From IMG/VR virus record IMGVR_UViG_3300006737_000017, positions 1-64,000 of that record: a stretch of 64,000 nucleotides of DNA; one strand, written 5' to 3'. The notes under the pieces are model-generated. The model worked only from the letters and a program-made list of their open reading frames with translations, did no database searches and was not told where the DNA came from. Each line of letters begins with the position of its first letter. Position 1 is the stretch's first letter. The position numbers and the translations under genes are program-made. The DNA is from a virus. Of this stretch, positions 1-10,430 are shown piece by piece.

Positions 1-15
1 GAACAATGTTATTTA

Positions 16-2775
16 ATGCCAGGTATCACTTGTTTTTTAGAATGGGGATGGTCTGGAACGACACCAATAGGAGAAGACCTTTATAAAGGTTTTAGAGGGC
101 CAGGAGGTTCTAAACAATTAGAAGAAAGAATTATAAAGAAAAAATTAGGTTTACCAATGGAAGGAAGCCTAATGGAATCTGCAGTTTCTTATCAATCTGA
201 TACAGAAATATTAGATTTGTTACCTGGTCAATATGATGCAATGTTAGGAGTAATAACTAAATTTAATTGGTCATTAGATAGCGATGGAAGTTATTCTATT
301 AATATGTCAATGATTTCTCCAAACTCTTTGGTAATGGGTATAGGTTTAGAAACACATTTATTAGGAGCAACAAAAAATACAGGCTTTAGATTATCAAAAG
401 GTAAATATATAACGAAATCTAAATCTATAAAAATAGACGGTTCATATGTATCAGTACCAATATCTACAAGAACAAGTATATCAGATGCTGAATTTTTATG
501 CAGATCTATGGTAAAGCTTTTAATGAATGATGGAAAAACTATAGAAAGAACAGAAGTAGAAACAAGCGCAGCAGTTGCTGAAGCATCAAAAGGTTTACAA
601 GGAAAAATTAATGCTGCTAAGGCAAGAATTAAAAAACGAGAAGAAAGATATGATGAGCTAATTGAAGCATGGGAAAAATCTTCTGCCCAAAGAGAAAAAT
701 ATGCAAAACTTTCCGATCCCCAAGGATATGGCGATACATCAGCACAATATCCTTTACAAGCGGGTTTTTGGTCTGGATGGGGAACACCAATCTTTTCTCA
801 AACCGGAATACAAACTGGTCCTTGGGTTGATTCTGATAAAGGAGTTTGGGGAGGCCCAGGAACCAAAGCCGATTTCCATTCACTTGATGCAATGGGTGGC
901 TCAACTAAATATATGTTTGTTGGTAAAATATATGCTTATTATAAGGAAGAGTCCAGTGCAAAAATGGATGCTTATTCTGACCACGAGGACAAAATGGAAT
1001 GGATGGACGAGGAAGACAATGCAAAGATAAAAGTTTGGGAACAACAACAGAAAGATTTGGGTGTAGAAGTAGAAGCAGATAAAGAAGCTAAAACAAAGGG
1101 TGATGGAAAAGCTTATACCATAAAAGGAACAGGTGATAGTAAATATATATACTTTGCCGATGATCCTACATTGATTTTCAAAACCATGATTGACAATATG
1201 GTTTATTTTGAAATAAAAGGTAAAACTCTTTGGAAAACTAGAACTACTTATGGCTGGCATCAAGATCCAACAAAAACTTATTCAAGAAACGGTATTCCAG
1301 TAAAATACTGGTGGCAAGAAGGAACAAGCAAATTAGATACTGGAGCATTATTAGCATTAAGAGGGTGGAAAAGACAATCTTCTGGTAATGAATACGAAAA
1401 AGCAAATTATGTTACTTGGAGATGGATAGAAGATTATCTATTACAACAAACTGCACCTAAAAATAAAGCTGGTGATCCTATTATTTCATTAAATTCAACT
1501 CACGTTGGAGCCGATGGATCAGACGAGTCATTAGAATTATATTACCCAAACCAATGCGTAAATCATCCGCTTATTCAATCAATGGATTATGGAGTTTGTG
1601 TATTATTAGACAAGCAATCCAAAGATGCAGTATTAGCGATGAAAAACATGTTACCAGAAGAAGCCGGTGCAATTATTGAAGAAGGAGTAACAAATCTAAA
1701 TAAAAAAATCGGGGATAGATTTTGCCCACCATTAACTGGGTATAGTACTTTTGGAAATGCTTCATCCGGTAACATAAGAGACATTTTAGTTAACATAGAT
1801 CATGTTATGAAGACATTAACTGCTCAAAGAACATTTGAAAGTTTCGTTACTACTTTGCTAAGTGATATAAATGATGCATGCGGTAAACCTTGGGATTTCT
1901 CTTTACAAGCAAATGAAGGAGATTCCCATGTCTTACAAGTTATAGATAAAAATTGCACTCCTTTATCAAAGCCAGCTGAAACTTTGGAAATAAATCCTAT
2001 AGAAGCTGGTAAACATGACGTAATAGAACCGGGACCACAAAAAACTATAGATTATAATGAAGAAGCACCAGATAATATAACAGTTTTCAGACCTTCTAGG
2101 CACTATCCTTTCAAGGGAAGAGGTTTTGGGAATATACTAAGATCAGTTAGCTTGAATTCTAAATTACCAAAATCTGTGCAATCTATGGCTTTCATTGCAA
2201 ATAAATCTCAAACAAAAAATACTCAAACAAAAGATACTGCAGATTTTAATATATATGGTTCAAAAGTAGTAGACTTATTTTATAAAGATGGAGTAGCTCA
2301 TCATCAAAAATCTATTGCCCAAAAACAAATAGAATTTGAGACAAAGAAGGCAAGTATATATAGAGACTGGGGTTATACTTATAATAAACTTTTTAAGGAA
2401 GATCAAACACCACTAGCTAATTCTTTAAGTGCAAGACAAATTCAAAAACAATTAGTAAGTGCAGTAGTTTATGGGTCACCAGAACAAGCACCAAAACCTA
2501 CTCCAATGCCAAGATTGTTACCATTAGAATTAAAATTCAAGTTAGATGGTATTAGTGGAATTTATCAAGGTAATAGTTGTAGATTTTTAACTGTATCTGA
2601 GGGAGGAATATTACCGGACAGATATAAGAACGAAGTTTTATTTCAAATAACAAAAGTTCAACATTCTATAAGCGATGCAGGCTGGGAAACTAATGTAGAA
2701 ACAATGATGAGAATGATTCCACAAGAAGACAAAGAAAAACTAGCAGGAGGAGAAGTAGATGATGAACAATCATAG
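16..2775 (+). CDS. Baseplate hub/tail-associated structural protein, probably 5'-truncated by the window edge
   Basis: Frame is open back to position 1. FLEWGWS and YDAMLGVITKFNWS near the N-terminus, and the C-terminal LKFKLDGISGI...FQITKVQHSISDAGWETNVE, resemble myovirus hub (gp27/gpD-like) proteins. Confidence 0.5.
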   Translation: MPGITCFLEWGWSGTTPIGEDLYKGFRGPGGSKQLEERIIKKKLGLPMEGSLMESAVSYQSDTEILDLLPGQYDAMLGVITKFNWSLDSDGSYSINMSMISPNSLVMGIGLETHLLGATKNTGFRLSKGKYITKSKSIKIDGSYVSVPISTRTSISDAEFLCRSMVKLLMNDGKTIERTEVETSAAVAEASKGLQGKINAAKARIKKREERYDELIEAWEKSSAQREKYAKLSDPQGYGDTSAQYPLQAGFWSGWGTPIFSQTGIQTGPWVDSDKGVWGGPGTKADFHSLDAMGGSTKYMFVGKIYAYYKEESSAKMDAYSDHEDKMEWMDEEDNAKIKVWEQQQKDLGVEVEADKEAKTKGDGKAYTIKGTGDSKYIYFADDPTLIFKTMIDNMVYFEIKGKTLWKTRTTYGWHQDPTKTYSRNGIPVKYWWQEGTSKLDTGALLALRGWKRQSSGNEYEKANYVTWRWIEDYLLQQTAPKNKAGDPIISLNSTHVGADGSDESLELYYPNQCVNHPLIQSMDYGVCVLLDKQSKDAVLAMKNMLPEEAGAIIEEGVTNLNKKIGDRFCPPLTGYSTFGNASSGNIRDILVNIDHVMKTLTAQRTFESFVTTLLSDINDACGKPWDFSLQANEGDSHVLQVIDKNCTPLSKPAETLEINPIEAGKHDVIEPGPQKTIDYNEEAPDNITVFRPSRHYPFKGRGFGNILRSVSLNSKLPKSVQSMAFIANKSQTKNTQTKDTADFNIYGSKVVDLFYKDGVAHHQKSIAQKQIEFETKKASIYRDWGYTYNKLFKEDQTPLANSLSARQIQKQLVSAVVYGSPEQAPKPTPMPRLLPLELKFKLDGISGIYQGNSCRFLTVSEGGILPDRYKNEVLFQITKVQHSISDAGWETNVETMMRMIPQEDKEKLAGGEVDDEQS

Positions 2776-2784
2776 GAGAAAAAT

Positions 2785-3237
2785 ATGAGCACTGATAAAA
2801 CATTAGTAGAGATGATAAAAGAAAACCTTGAGAGAGAACAAAGAGCATACGATACTATTTCAGAATACGGTCTAATTACTGGTGAATCGGAAAGTGTTGT
2901 AAAATCTTTAGGTATTCCTGCTATAATACCTTCTCCAACGGAAAAGGAATATGAAAAAGGGTTTATGAAAAGATCTTTTGTTGCAAGATATGATGCTAAA
3001 ACCGCTACAGAAGTATCAGAAGACTTTTATAACAATGAAGCTTCTAAACTACCAGAAGGTATTTATAAAGCTGTATCTATGAAATGGTACTTAAATAATA
3101 ATAAATTACCACAACTTGCTGGTATGAAAAATACTGTAAATGCTCTAAATGTAAATGCTTATTTAACTAATAAAGCTTCAAAGGAAATGCCACAATTAAA
3201 AGATACTATAGAAATATTTGATCAATTCTTTCGATAA
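2785..3237 (+). CDS. Hypothetical protein
   Basis: 150 aa ORF with AGGAG upstream. Confidence 0.6.
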   Translation: MSTDKTLVEMIKENLEREQRAYDTISEYGLITGESESVVKSLGIPAIIPSPTEKEYEKGFMKRSFVARYDAKTATEVSEDFYNNEASKLPEGIYKAVSMKWYLNNNKLPQLAGMKNTVNALNVNAYLTNKASKEMPQLKDTIEIFDQFFR

Positions 3238-3258
3238 GTCAAAAAAATTTATTATATT
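3230..3258 (+). promoter_or_regulatory. Conserved phage promoter, copy 1
   Basis: TTCGATAAGTC-N12-TATATT; ATG 6 nt after TATATT. Confidence 0.75.
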
Positions 3259-3264
3259 GTAAAT

Positions 3265-4293
3265 ATGAATATTAAAAAGGTTATATCAGAAGCAGAGAGA
3301 AAGCTGCGGGTTCAAACGTATATAAGTAATGGTAAAGCAATAGATTTAGATTTATTGAAACCTGAAGCTTATAAGTTTTTTAATAGATTATACTGGAATA
3401 GACCCGATATATTTGAAATCATTCCACAAGTAAAACATTTGGAATATTACGATAGCTTAAGAGCTTTCTTAGAAACTTTCGATATATCCGATTATGATTC
3501 ACAAGTAGCAAAAACTTACGAAAATCTGATTTTACCTTTATTTGAATCTATACAACAAAATGGTCTTTATACAGAAAATGGAATGGAATATTCCAAGTAT
3601 AACTTATTTACTACAACTGGTAGACCTTCCAATTCTAATAGAGGTATAAATTATGCTGCATTAAATAAAGCAGATGGTTCAAGAGAAAGGTTTACAAGCA
3701 GATTCTCTAATGGTAATTTATTAGAAATGGACTTTGATGCATATCACATTAGACTTATTGCAAGTTTAATAAAATACAATTTACCTGAAACTTCAGTTCA
3801 TGAATATTTTGCAAAACAATTTTATGGAGTACAAACTGTAACTAAGGAAGAATATAAACAATCAAAAGCTATGTCTTTCCAAGTATTATATGGAGGTGTA
3901 CCAAAAGAGTTAAAAGGTATAGAATATTTTGATAAAGTAAAAGCTTACATTTCTAATCTTTGGGATATTTATATTAACAAGGGTTATATTCAAACTCCAG
4001 TATTTAATAGAAGGTTATATAAAAATAATTTAGTAGAGATGAATCCTCAAAAATTATTTAACTATTTAATCCAAGCATATGAAACCGAAAGGAATATAAA
4101 AGTGATGATAGATATTCAATCTTTATTAAAAGATAAATCTTCAAAATTAATTTTATATACATACGATGCTTTTCTATTTGATATAGAAGATTCTGAACTT
4201 TACCTAAAAGATGAAATACAAAAACTAACAGGTTTTCCTGTTAAAATGCATATAGGCAATAACTATAATGATATGAAACTTTTAACTAGATAA
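3265..4293 (+). CDS. Short family-A DNA polymerase (catalytic domain only)
   Basis: TTTGRPS, motif A EMDFDAYHIRLIA, motif B KAMSFQVLYGG, NYLIQAYE, motif C YTYDAFLFD; no recognisable exonuclease domain. Confidence 0.8.
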   Translation: MNIKKVISEAERKLRVQTYISNGKAIDLDLLKPEAYKFFNRLYWNRPDIFEIIPQVKHLEYYDSLRAFLETFDISDYDSQVAKTYENLILPLFESIQQNGLYTENGMEYSKYNLFTTTGRPSNSNRGINYAALNKADGSRERFTSRFSNGNLLEMDFDAYHIRLIASLIKYNLPETSVHEYFAKQFYGVQTVTKEEYKQSKAMSFQVLYGGVPKELKGIEYFDKVKAYISNLWDIYINKGYIQTPVFNRRLYKNNLVEMNPQKLFNYLIQAYETERNIKVMIDIQSLLKDKSSKLILYTYDAFLFDIEDSELYLKDEIQKLTGFPVKMHIGNNYNDMKLLTR

Positions 4294-4329
4294 GATGATA
4301 TTTATAATCAAAGATAATGGAGTAATTAT

Positions 4330-5475
4330 ATGAACATAAATTCTTTAGTAAGTGAATGGGCTTGGCGAGTAAACGATGGAATGCCAGACCCTAATAACCG
4401 AAATCATATAGAGATGCTAGAAGAAGTATTAGTTGCTCATAAATACGATAGAGAATTTATAGATCAATTTATCCATCAAATTGCACCTCTTAATGAAGCT
4501 GCAATAAAAAACTCAGAAGTAACAAAAGCTATCAAAGCTGCTAAAAAGAATCCTGCTTTTAATAAATTCTTAAAAAACTTGCCAGGTGGTGATCCTGCAA
4601 GACAGATGAAAAATTATTTAGAGAAATTGGATAAAAAGAAAGCAGAGGAATTTGCACAGATATTATATTCATCTTCAACTCCTCCAAGAACTATAGGTGG
4701 TGGAGTACAAAAAGAAATATTTAATTTAGATGCAAAGGGAATTGGTAAAGGTGAACTTTGGTTAGCAGTTATGACTAAGAATTCAGAGATACAAGGTGGA
4801 GGAGTTTCATTTGATCTAAAAGCTGATAAGAAGTATGAAGTAAAGACTTACATTGGAGCTGGTCAAAATAAGGCTGTAATAAGATTAGGTACTGAAGGAG
4901 CTTTAGGTTCTACAATTTTTTGGCAAGATATATTAGACACATTAAAATTACTAGAAAAATTAAATAAAGCAGTATCTTTGAAAGACTATTTTGATGCAGA
5001 TTTTGTTTCTAAAATAGATTATATGATAGGTAGAAAAGGTATGACGTTAAAAGGCGAATTTAACGGTAAAGATATGAGAACCTACAATGAATTTTATAAA
5101 TTAGCAAAGAGTAAAACTAAATCTGCCGAAGAAGGATATAATAGAATAGATTTAAGAGGTCCTAATACTAGACCTCAATCTTTTTCAATAAAGCCTATAC
5201 CTTCTAATGTATCTGGTAACTCATTAAAAGTTGAACTTATAAAAGGCACTACTAAAGATTCAGTATTATCAAATGTAATAACAGAACTTAGAAGGTTAAA
5301 ATATGTAAGACAGCCTTCTGCATTAGATGCTGATGTACAAAAATCAGTAGATAATGCAATAGCAAGTGGGCCAGCAGATGCATTTATTGTTTTCAGACCG
5401 GGTAGAGTATACGTTGGTAATAAATTTAAGTTTGGTGTAATATCTCAAGGCGGTATAAAGATAATCGAAAGGTAA
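4330..5475 (+). CDS. Putative virion protein with PD-(D/E)xK-like nuclease motif
   Basis: N-terminal EWAWRVNDGMPD module ending at LNE; GKGE...FDL...YEVK pattern. Confidence 0.4.
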   Translation: MNINSLVSEWAWRVNDGMPDPNNRNHIEMLEEVLVAHKYDREFIDQFIHQIAPLNEAAIKNSEVTKAIKAAKKNPAFNKFLKNLPGGDPARQMKNYLEKLDKKKAEEFAQILYSSSTPPRTIGGGVQKEIFNLDAKGIGKGELWLAVMTKNSEIQGGGVSFDLKADKKYEVKTYIGAGQNKAVIRLGTEGALGSTIFWQDILDTLKLLEKLNKAVSLKDYFDADFVSKIDYMIGRKGMTLKGEFNGKDMRTYNEFYKLAKSKTKSAEEGYNRIDLRGPNTRPQSFSIKPIPSNVSGNSLKVELIKGTTKDSVLSNVITELRRLKYVRQPSALDADVQKSVDNAIASGPADAFIVFRPGRVYVGNKFKFGVISQGGIKIIER

Positions 5476-5477
5476 TT

Positions 5478-5879
5478 ATGAAAACTAATTTATTATGCAC
5501 ATTTACAAATAAGAGAGAGAAAAGAAAAACTCTAGATTTAATTATAGATAAATACGATATACTATATAATAAGATTTTTCTTTTAAGAAACGTAGATAAT
5601 TCAAATGAACTAATGTGCACTTATAATATTTCTATAGATGAAAACTATTCAGAATTAGATAACACTATATTATTACATAGAAAAAAAGCTACTAATTCTT
5701 TATATACAATTAATGCTCTAAATGCTCTTATACAAGTTTTGAATAATGGAGTATTAGATACATCATACCAATTAGACTGGGAAAATTATAGAAATACAAT
5801 GCTTTTAACTAATGAGGAAGGGTTAAAAAGAATAGAAACAGAAGTTGAAGATATAATATATATTAAGATAAAAAGGTGA
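5478..5879 (+). CDS. Conserved phage hypothetical protein
   Basis: 133 aa, MKTNLLCTF start, tightly packed with neighbours. Confidence 0.65.
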   Translation: MKTNLLCTFTNKREKRKTLDLIIDKYDILYNKIFLLRNVDNSNELMCTYNISIDENYSELDNTILLHRKKATNSLYTINALNALIQVLNNGVLDTSYQLDWENYRNTMLLTNEEGLKRIETEVEDIIYIKIKR

Positions 5880-5884
5880 GAACT

Positions 5885-6448
5885 ATGATCAAATTAAAAA
5901 ATTTATTACACGAAAACAACATTTCAGAAAATTTGAAATATCATATTAGAAATCAAATCTCTTTGAATGAATCAGTTTTTAGATATGGTTCTAAAGCGCA
6001 TTTTGATTTAATTAATGAAGCAAGAAAATTACATAGCAAGGGTGCTGAGTTTGATTCTTATTCTAAATATATACTAGAAACTGATATGGGGTTGATGGGT
6101 ACATATGAAAACGTAGAAGTACCATTAGATTTCCCTATGTTGACAGAAGCAGAATACCAAGGAAGAAAGGTTGATCTAAATAAACCTAAAAGAGGTGGGT
6201 CTGCAAAATATTATGTTTACATTAAAGATCCTAAATCTGGTAATATTCGTAAAATAGCTTTTGGAGCTAAAGGTGGAGGTGGAAAACTAGCAGTTAAGAT
6301 AAAAGATCCAAAAGCTAGTAAAGCATTTGCAGATAGACACAATTGTGATACAAAGAAAGATAGAACTAAAGCTGGGTATTGGTCTTGCAACCTACCAAGA
6401 TATGCAAAGCAATTAGGTTTAGGTTCAAATATGAATAAATTCTGGTAA
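5885..6448 (+). CDS. Putative head-associated protein with MIKLKNLLHE tag
   Basis: ATG 5885; C-terminal basic module AEYQGRKV...RHNCDTKKDRTKAGYWSC following LTE. Confidence 0.55.
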   Translation: MIKLKNLLHENNISENLKYHIRNQISLNESVFRYGSKAHFDLINEARKLHSKGAEFDSYSKYILETDMGLMGTYENVEVPLDFPMLTEAEYQGRKVDLNKPKRGGSAKYYVYIKDPKSGNIRKIAFGAKGGGGKLAVKIKDPKASKAFADRHNCDTKKDRTKAGYWSCNLPRYAKQLGLGSNMNKFW

Positions 6449-6712
6449 ATGAATCCATATACAGACGAAAAAAATACAGGTTATAAAATAAGAACATTTG
6501 AAAAAGATGTTTTGGAAGAAGATTTGATTTGGCATACTGACGAAAGAACTAGATTAGTAGAAGTTATAGAAAGTAAAGGTTGGCAATTTCAATTCGACGA
6601 TGAATTACCCTTTGGTTTGCAAAAAGGAACTATTATAAATATTCCAAAAGGTAAAATACATAGAATTATTAAAGGTGATAGCAATTTAATAATTAAAATC
6701 AAAGAAATTTGA
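6449..6712 (+). CDS. Small cupin-like protein
   Basis: LIWHTDE...IPKGKIHRIIKG cupin-type His motifs. Confidence 0.55.
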   Translation: MNPYTDEKNTGYKIRTFEKDVLEEDLIWHTDERTRLVEVIESKGWQFQFDDELPFGLQKGTIINIPKGKIHRIIKGDSNLIIKIKEI

Positions 6713-6742
6713 TATTTATACTAAAGGTTTTCCTCTTTTTAT

Positions 6743-6771
6743 TTGGATAAGTCGAAAATTTTTCTTATATT
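6743..6771 (+). promoter_or_regulatory. Conserved phage promoter, copy 2
   Basis: TTGGATAAGTC-N12-TATATT. Confidence 0.75.
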
Positions 6772-6806
6772 TATATAAATAACAATTAAACACTAAAAAC
6801 TGAAAT

Positions 6807-7151
6807 ATGTCTAAATTATTCTTAACAGTCACCTTGTTCCTTGTTGGACAAACACTAATTTGGTTTCAAACAAACGGTCAATTCTTATGGAGTTGGTTTG
6901 CTAAAAATCCTTTAATCTTATCATTAGTAGGTGGTACTACTATATCCTATGCATTTATATTAGCAACTAAATTTGCTTATGAACACTTTGACGGTCTATT
7001 ATGGCCAGGAAGATTTTTGGGTTTTGCATTGGGTATATCATCTTATGCACTATTAACTTGGTATTTTATGGGAGAGGGTATTAATTTCAAAACGTTAACC
7101 TCATTAATATTATCGATAGGTATAATTTGTGTACAACTTTTTTGGAAATAA
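6807..7151 (+). CDS. Small multi-pass membrane protein (DMT/SMR-like size)
   Basis: About 4 hydrophobic segments in 114 aa. Confidence 0.55.
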   Translation: MSKLFLTVTLFLVGQTLIWFQTNGQFLWSWFAKNPLILSLVGGTTISYAFILATKFAYEHFDGLLWPGRFLGFALGISSYALLTWYFMGEGINFKTLTSLILSIGIICVQLFWK

Positions 7152-7152
7152 T

Positions 7153-7181
7153 TTGGATATGTCAAATAAATTTATTATATT
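7153..7181 (+). promoter_or_regulatory. Conserved phage promoter, copy 3
   Basis: TTGGATATGTC-N12-TATATT; ATG 6 nt downstream. Confidence 0.75.
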
Positions 7182-7187
7182 AGTAAT

Positions 7188-8114
7188 ATGAAAAACAATC
7201 TACAACTAGGCTATGCATGTATCAATATGGAATTACGTAAGGACCGTATCTTTACTAATCGTCACATGCGTCAAAAAACATTCGAAGCAAAAGGTATTGA
7301 ATATGCTTCAGAATTAAATCTGCTAAACGTCAAAGACCTTATAAAAATTATACAATGGAATATTGACAATGGCATCAAAGTATATCGTATGTCATCAGAT
7401 ATATTTACATGGCACTCTCATTACAATCTAGAAGATTGCCCAGATTTCCCTGAAATAAAACGCCACCTTGAAATTGCTGGTAAACTTGCCAGGGACAATG
7501 GTATTCGTCTTTCAGCACACCCAGGTCAATATACTGTACTTGCATCACCCAACGAAGATATTGTTATTCGGGCTATCGATATACTAGACAAAACAGCTAT
7601 TGTTATGGACCTTATGGGTATGCCAAAAACGCCATTCTGTAAAATCAATATACATATAGGTGGTACCTATGACGACAAAGTTGGCACTATGGCAAGGTTT
7701 TGCAAAAACTTCAAACGTATTATACCATCGGCACAAGCTCGTCTTACTATCGAAAATGACGACAAAGCTTCTATGTATTCGGTATCCGATTTATACGAAG
7801 GTATACACAAAGTAATTGGTATTCCAATAGTATTCGATTATCACCATCACAGATTTTGCACTGGTGGTCTATCTGAATCAGAAGCATTACACTTAGCTTC
7901 TAAAACTTGGCCAGATGGTATACGTCAATGTACACACTACTCTGAATCAATGGCACTTATGGAAGGAGCTGAAGATAAACGTGAAACCGCTCATTCAAAT
8001 TACATTTACAATGAAATTGATACACACGGTCTTTCTATAGATTGCGTAGTGGAAGCAAAGATGAAAGAAAAAGCTGTTCAAAGATATTATGATAAAAATT
8101 TGGTTTTGTCATAA
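7188..8114 (+). CDS. uvsE: UV-damage endonuclease (UVDE)
   Basis: LGYACIN, YRMSS, HPGQY, ENDD, FDYHHH, EAKMKE motifs. Confidence 0.92.
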   Translation: MKNNLQLGYACINMELRKDRIFTNRHMRQKTFEAKGIEYASELNLLNVKDLIKIIQWNIDNGIKVYRMSSDIFTWHSHYNLEDCPDFPEIKRHLEIAGKLARDNGIRLSAHPGQYTVLASPNEDIVIRAIDILDKTAIVMDLMGMPKTPFCKINIHIGGTYDDKVGTMARFCKNFKRIIPSAQARLTIENDDKASMYSVSDLYEGIHKVIGIPIVFDYHHHRFCTGGLSESEALHLASKTWPDGIRQCTHYSESMALMEGAEDKRETAHSNYIYNEIDTHGLSIDCVVEAKMKEKAVQRYYDKNLVLS

Positions 8115-8128
8115 TTTTTTATTATATT
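8100..8128 (+). promoter_or_regulatory. Conserved phage promoter, copy 4 (variant)
   Basis: TTGGTTTTGTC-N12-TATATT. Confidence 0.65.
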
Positions 8129-8159
8129 AGTATTAACAATTAAAAAAAAGAGGAATAAT

Positions 8160-8333
8160 ATGATTTCAATTGAAAATCTGCAAGAAACTCTAACAACTGT
8201 AACATCAGACGTTGAAAAATTCAACAATGGTAATAAAGCTGCTGGTACAAGAATTAGAAAAGCAATGCAAACATTAAAAGGTCAAGCACAAGACCTACGT
8301 AAAGAAGTGCAAGAAATTAAAAATAACAATTAA
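8160..8333 (+). CDS. Histone H1-like Hc1-family nucleoid protein (57 aa, not in ORF track)
   Basis: Manual translation MISIENLQETLTTVTSDVEKFNNGNKAAGTRIRKAMQTLKGQAQDLRKEVQEIKNNN; GNKAAGTR signature; GAGGA upstream. Confidence 0.8.
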   Translation: MISIENLQETLTTVTSDVEKFNNGNKAAGTRIRKAMQTLKGQAQDLRKEVQEIKNNN

Positions 8334-8349
8334 AAAAGGAGAATTAATT

Positions 8350-9105
8350 ATGGCAATTGATTTAGAAGCAATCCGTAAGAAATTACAAGGATTACAAACG
8401 ACGACAACTAGAACGTCAAATTTATGGAAGCCTGAACCAGGCAAGAACCAAGTAAGAATAGTACCTTATCAGTATGATAAAGATAACCCATTTCAAGAGT
8501 TATTCTTTCATTATGGTTTAGGTAAAAGAAATTATCTCTCACCAACAACTTTTGGTGATGCAGATCCAGTGGTTGAGTTTGCTGATAAACTTAAACAAAC
8601 TGGTAATAGAGATGATTGGCAATTAGCTAAAGGTCTTACACCAAAGATGAGAACTTATGTTCCAGTATTGGTTAGAGGTCAAGAATCTGAAGGTGTTAAA
8701 CTTTGGGGATTCGGTAAAACTGTTTACCAAGAACTATTAACGTTTATAGCTGATCCTGATTATGGTGATATCACAGATGTAAAAGCTGGAAGAGACATTA
8801 CGGTTACATTTACACCTGCAGAAGGTGGAGAGAGATTTCCAAAGACTGCAATTATGGTTAAACCTAATCAAACAGCAGCAACAGATGATAAAGCAGTAGC
8901 TGAATCTATTATGAACGGTCAAGAAGATATCTTTAATATTTTCAAGAAAGTTTCTTATGATGATTTGAAATCTGCATTGGAAGAATGGTTAAACCCTGAA
9001 AATTCAGATGCTCCAGCAGAAACTCCAACACCAGTTGCAGCACCAGCAGGAGTTAAGAAAGCAGACGATATTGATTCAGCATTTGACGATTTATTTAATA
9101 ATTAG
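8350..9105 (+). CDS. Single-stranded DNA-binding protein (gp32-like)
   Basis: WKPEPGKNQVRIVP, LWGFGKTVY, DYGDITD...GRDI, acidic tail DSAFDDLFNN; upstream of the recombinase. Confidence 0.8.
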   Translation: MAIDLEAIRKKLQGLQTTTTRTSNLWKPEPGKNQVRIVPYQYDKDNPFQELFFHYGLGKRNYLSPTTFGDADPVVEFADKLKQTGNRDDWQLAKGLTPKMRTYVPVLVRGQESEGVKLWGFGKTVYQELLTFIADPDYGDITDVKAGRDITVTFTPAEGGERFPKTAIMVKPNQTAATDDKAVAESIMNGQEDIFNIFKKVSYDDLKSALEEWLNPENSDAPAETPTPVAAPAGVKKADDIDSAFDDLFNN

Positions 9106-9116
9106 GAGATAGAGAT

Positions 9117-9260
9117 ATGATGACAATTGAACAAATTGAAAAGTTAATCGAAAAACCATTAAAGACTTTAGCAAGAGAATTAGAAAAGCAAGGTCTTATG
9201 GAAGGGCTAACACAGGAAATCATTTCTCATATTCTAAAAAATATTAGAGAAAATAAATAA
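9117..9260 (+). CDS. Small hypothetical protein (47 aa, not in ORF track)
   Basis: AGGAG upstream; fills the SSB-RecA gap. Confidence 0.55.
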   Translation: MMTIEQIEKLIEKPLKTLARELEKQGLMEGLTQEIISHILKNIRENK

Positions 9261-9270
9261 GGAGATAATT

Positions 9271-10416
9271 ATGGCTAGAAAAAGTAAAGCTCAAAAACAA
9301 AGTATTGCAGAGAGGGATGAACTAGCCGGAGTTATCGCTGATTCACTTAATAAGAAATTTAAGTCAATGAAGGTTGCATATTTCTTAGATGGAGCGGAGG
9401 ATACACCAACAGATTTAACTGAATGGGTATCCACCGGTTCGTCTTTGTTAGATTTAGCAATATCTAATAGACCTAATGGAGGAATACCAGTTGGAAGGAT
9501 TACAGAATTAACGGGGCTTGAAGCATCTGGTAAATCTTTGATTGGTGCTCACTTATTAGCTAATACTCAGAAACAAGGCGGTTTAGCAGTTTATATCGAT
9601 ACGGAAAATGCAATGAATGAAGAATTTGCTCGTGCAATTGGTATTGATATAAAAAGTTTATTATACATACAGCTAGAAGCTATTGAAGATATTTTTGAAG
9701 TTATTGAAAATATCATTATGAAGATTAGAGAATCAGATAATAATCGGTTAGTTACAATCGTAGTAGATTCAGTTGCAGCAGCAACAACTAAAGTAGAACA
9801 AGAAGCAGATTTTGAAAAGGATGGCTGGGCAACAAGTAAAGCTATTATCATTTCAAAAGCAATGAGAAAAGTAACACAATTAATAGGTAGACAAAGAATC
9901 TGTCTAGTGTTTACTAATCAATTAAGAGTTAGATTGGGAGTATCATTTGGTGATCCATATACAACTTCCGGCGGTAAAGCTCTAGGTTTTCATGCTTCTT
10001 GCAGACTAAGGTTAAAAGCTGCTGGGCAAATTAAAGCTAAGATTGACGGCAAAGAGCATGTAGTTGGTATTAAAACTAAAGCTCAAGTAGTCAAGAACAG
10101 AATGGGACCACCATTAAGAACTGCAGAATTTCAAATACTTTTTGATAGAGGTATTGATGATTATGGTTCATGGTTACAAGTTATGAAAGACTATAATTTA
10201 GTCAAGCAAGGTGGCTCCTGGTATACCTATATTGATCAGAATGGAGAGGAACTCAAGTTTATGTCCAAAGAATTTGAAGATAAAATCCTATCCGATGAAG
10301 ACAGAAAAGAACGTATATATCAATCTATATGTAATGCTCTTTGTATGTCTTATCAAACTGACGATATTGGTATAGATGATGTTGAAATTGGGAACGATGA
10401 TGTGCCTATAAACTAA
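9271..10416 (+). CDS. recA: RecA/UvsX recombinase
   Basis: Walker A GLEASGKS, YIDTENA, VVDSVAA, FTNQLR, TTSGGKALGFHAS, KNRMGPP. Confidence 0.95.
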   Translation: MARKSKAQKQSIAERDELAGVIADSLNKKFKSMKVAYFLDGAEDTPTDLTEWVSTGSSLLDLAISNRPNGGIPVGRITELTGLEASGKSLIGAHLLANTQKQGGLAVYIDTENAMNEEFARAIGIDIKSLLYIQLEAIEDIFEVIENIIMKIRESDNNRLVTIVVDSVAAATTKVEQEADFEKDGWATSKAIIISKAMRKVTQLIGRQRICLVFTNQLRVRLGVSFGDPYTTSGGKALGFHASCRLRLKAAGQIKAKIDGKEHVVGIKTKAQVVKNRMGPPLRTAEFQILFDRGIDDYGSWLQVMKDYNLVKQGGSWYTYIDQNGEELKFMSKEFEDKILSDEDRKERIYQSICNALCMSYQTDDIGIDDVEIGNDDVPIN

Positions 10417-10430
10417 ACGCCAAGGGTTTT

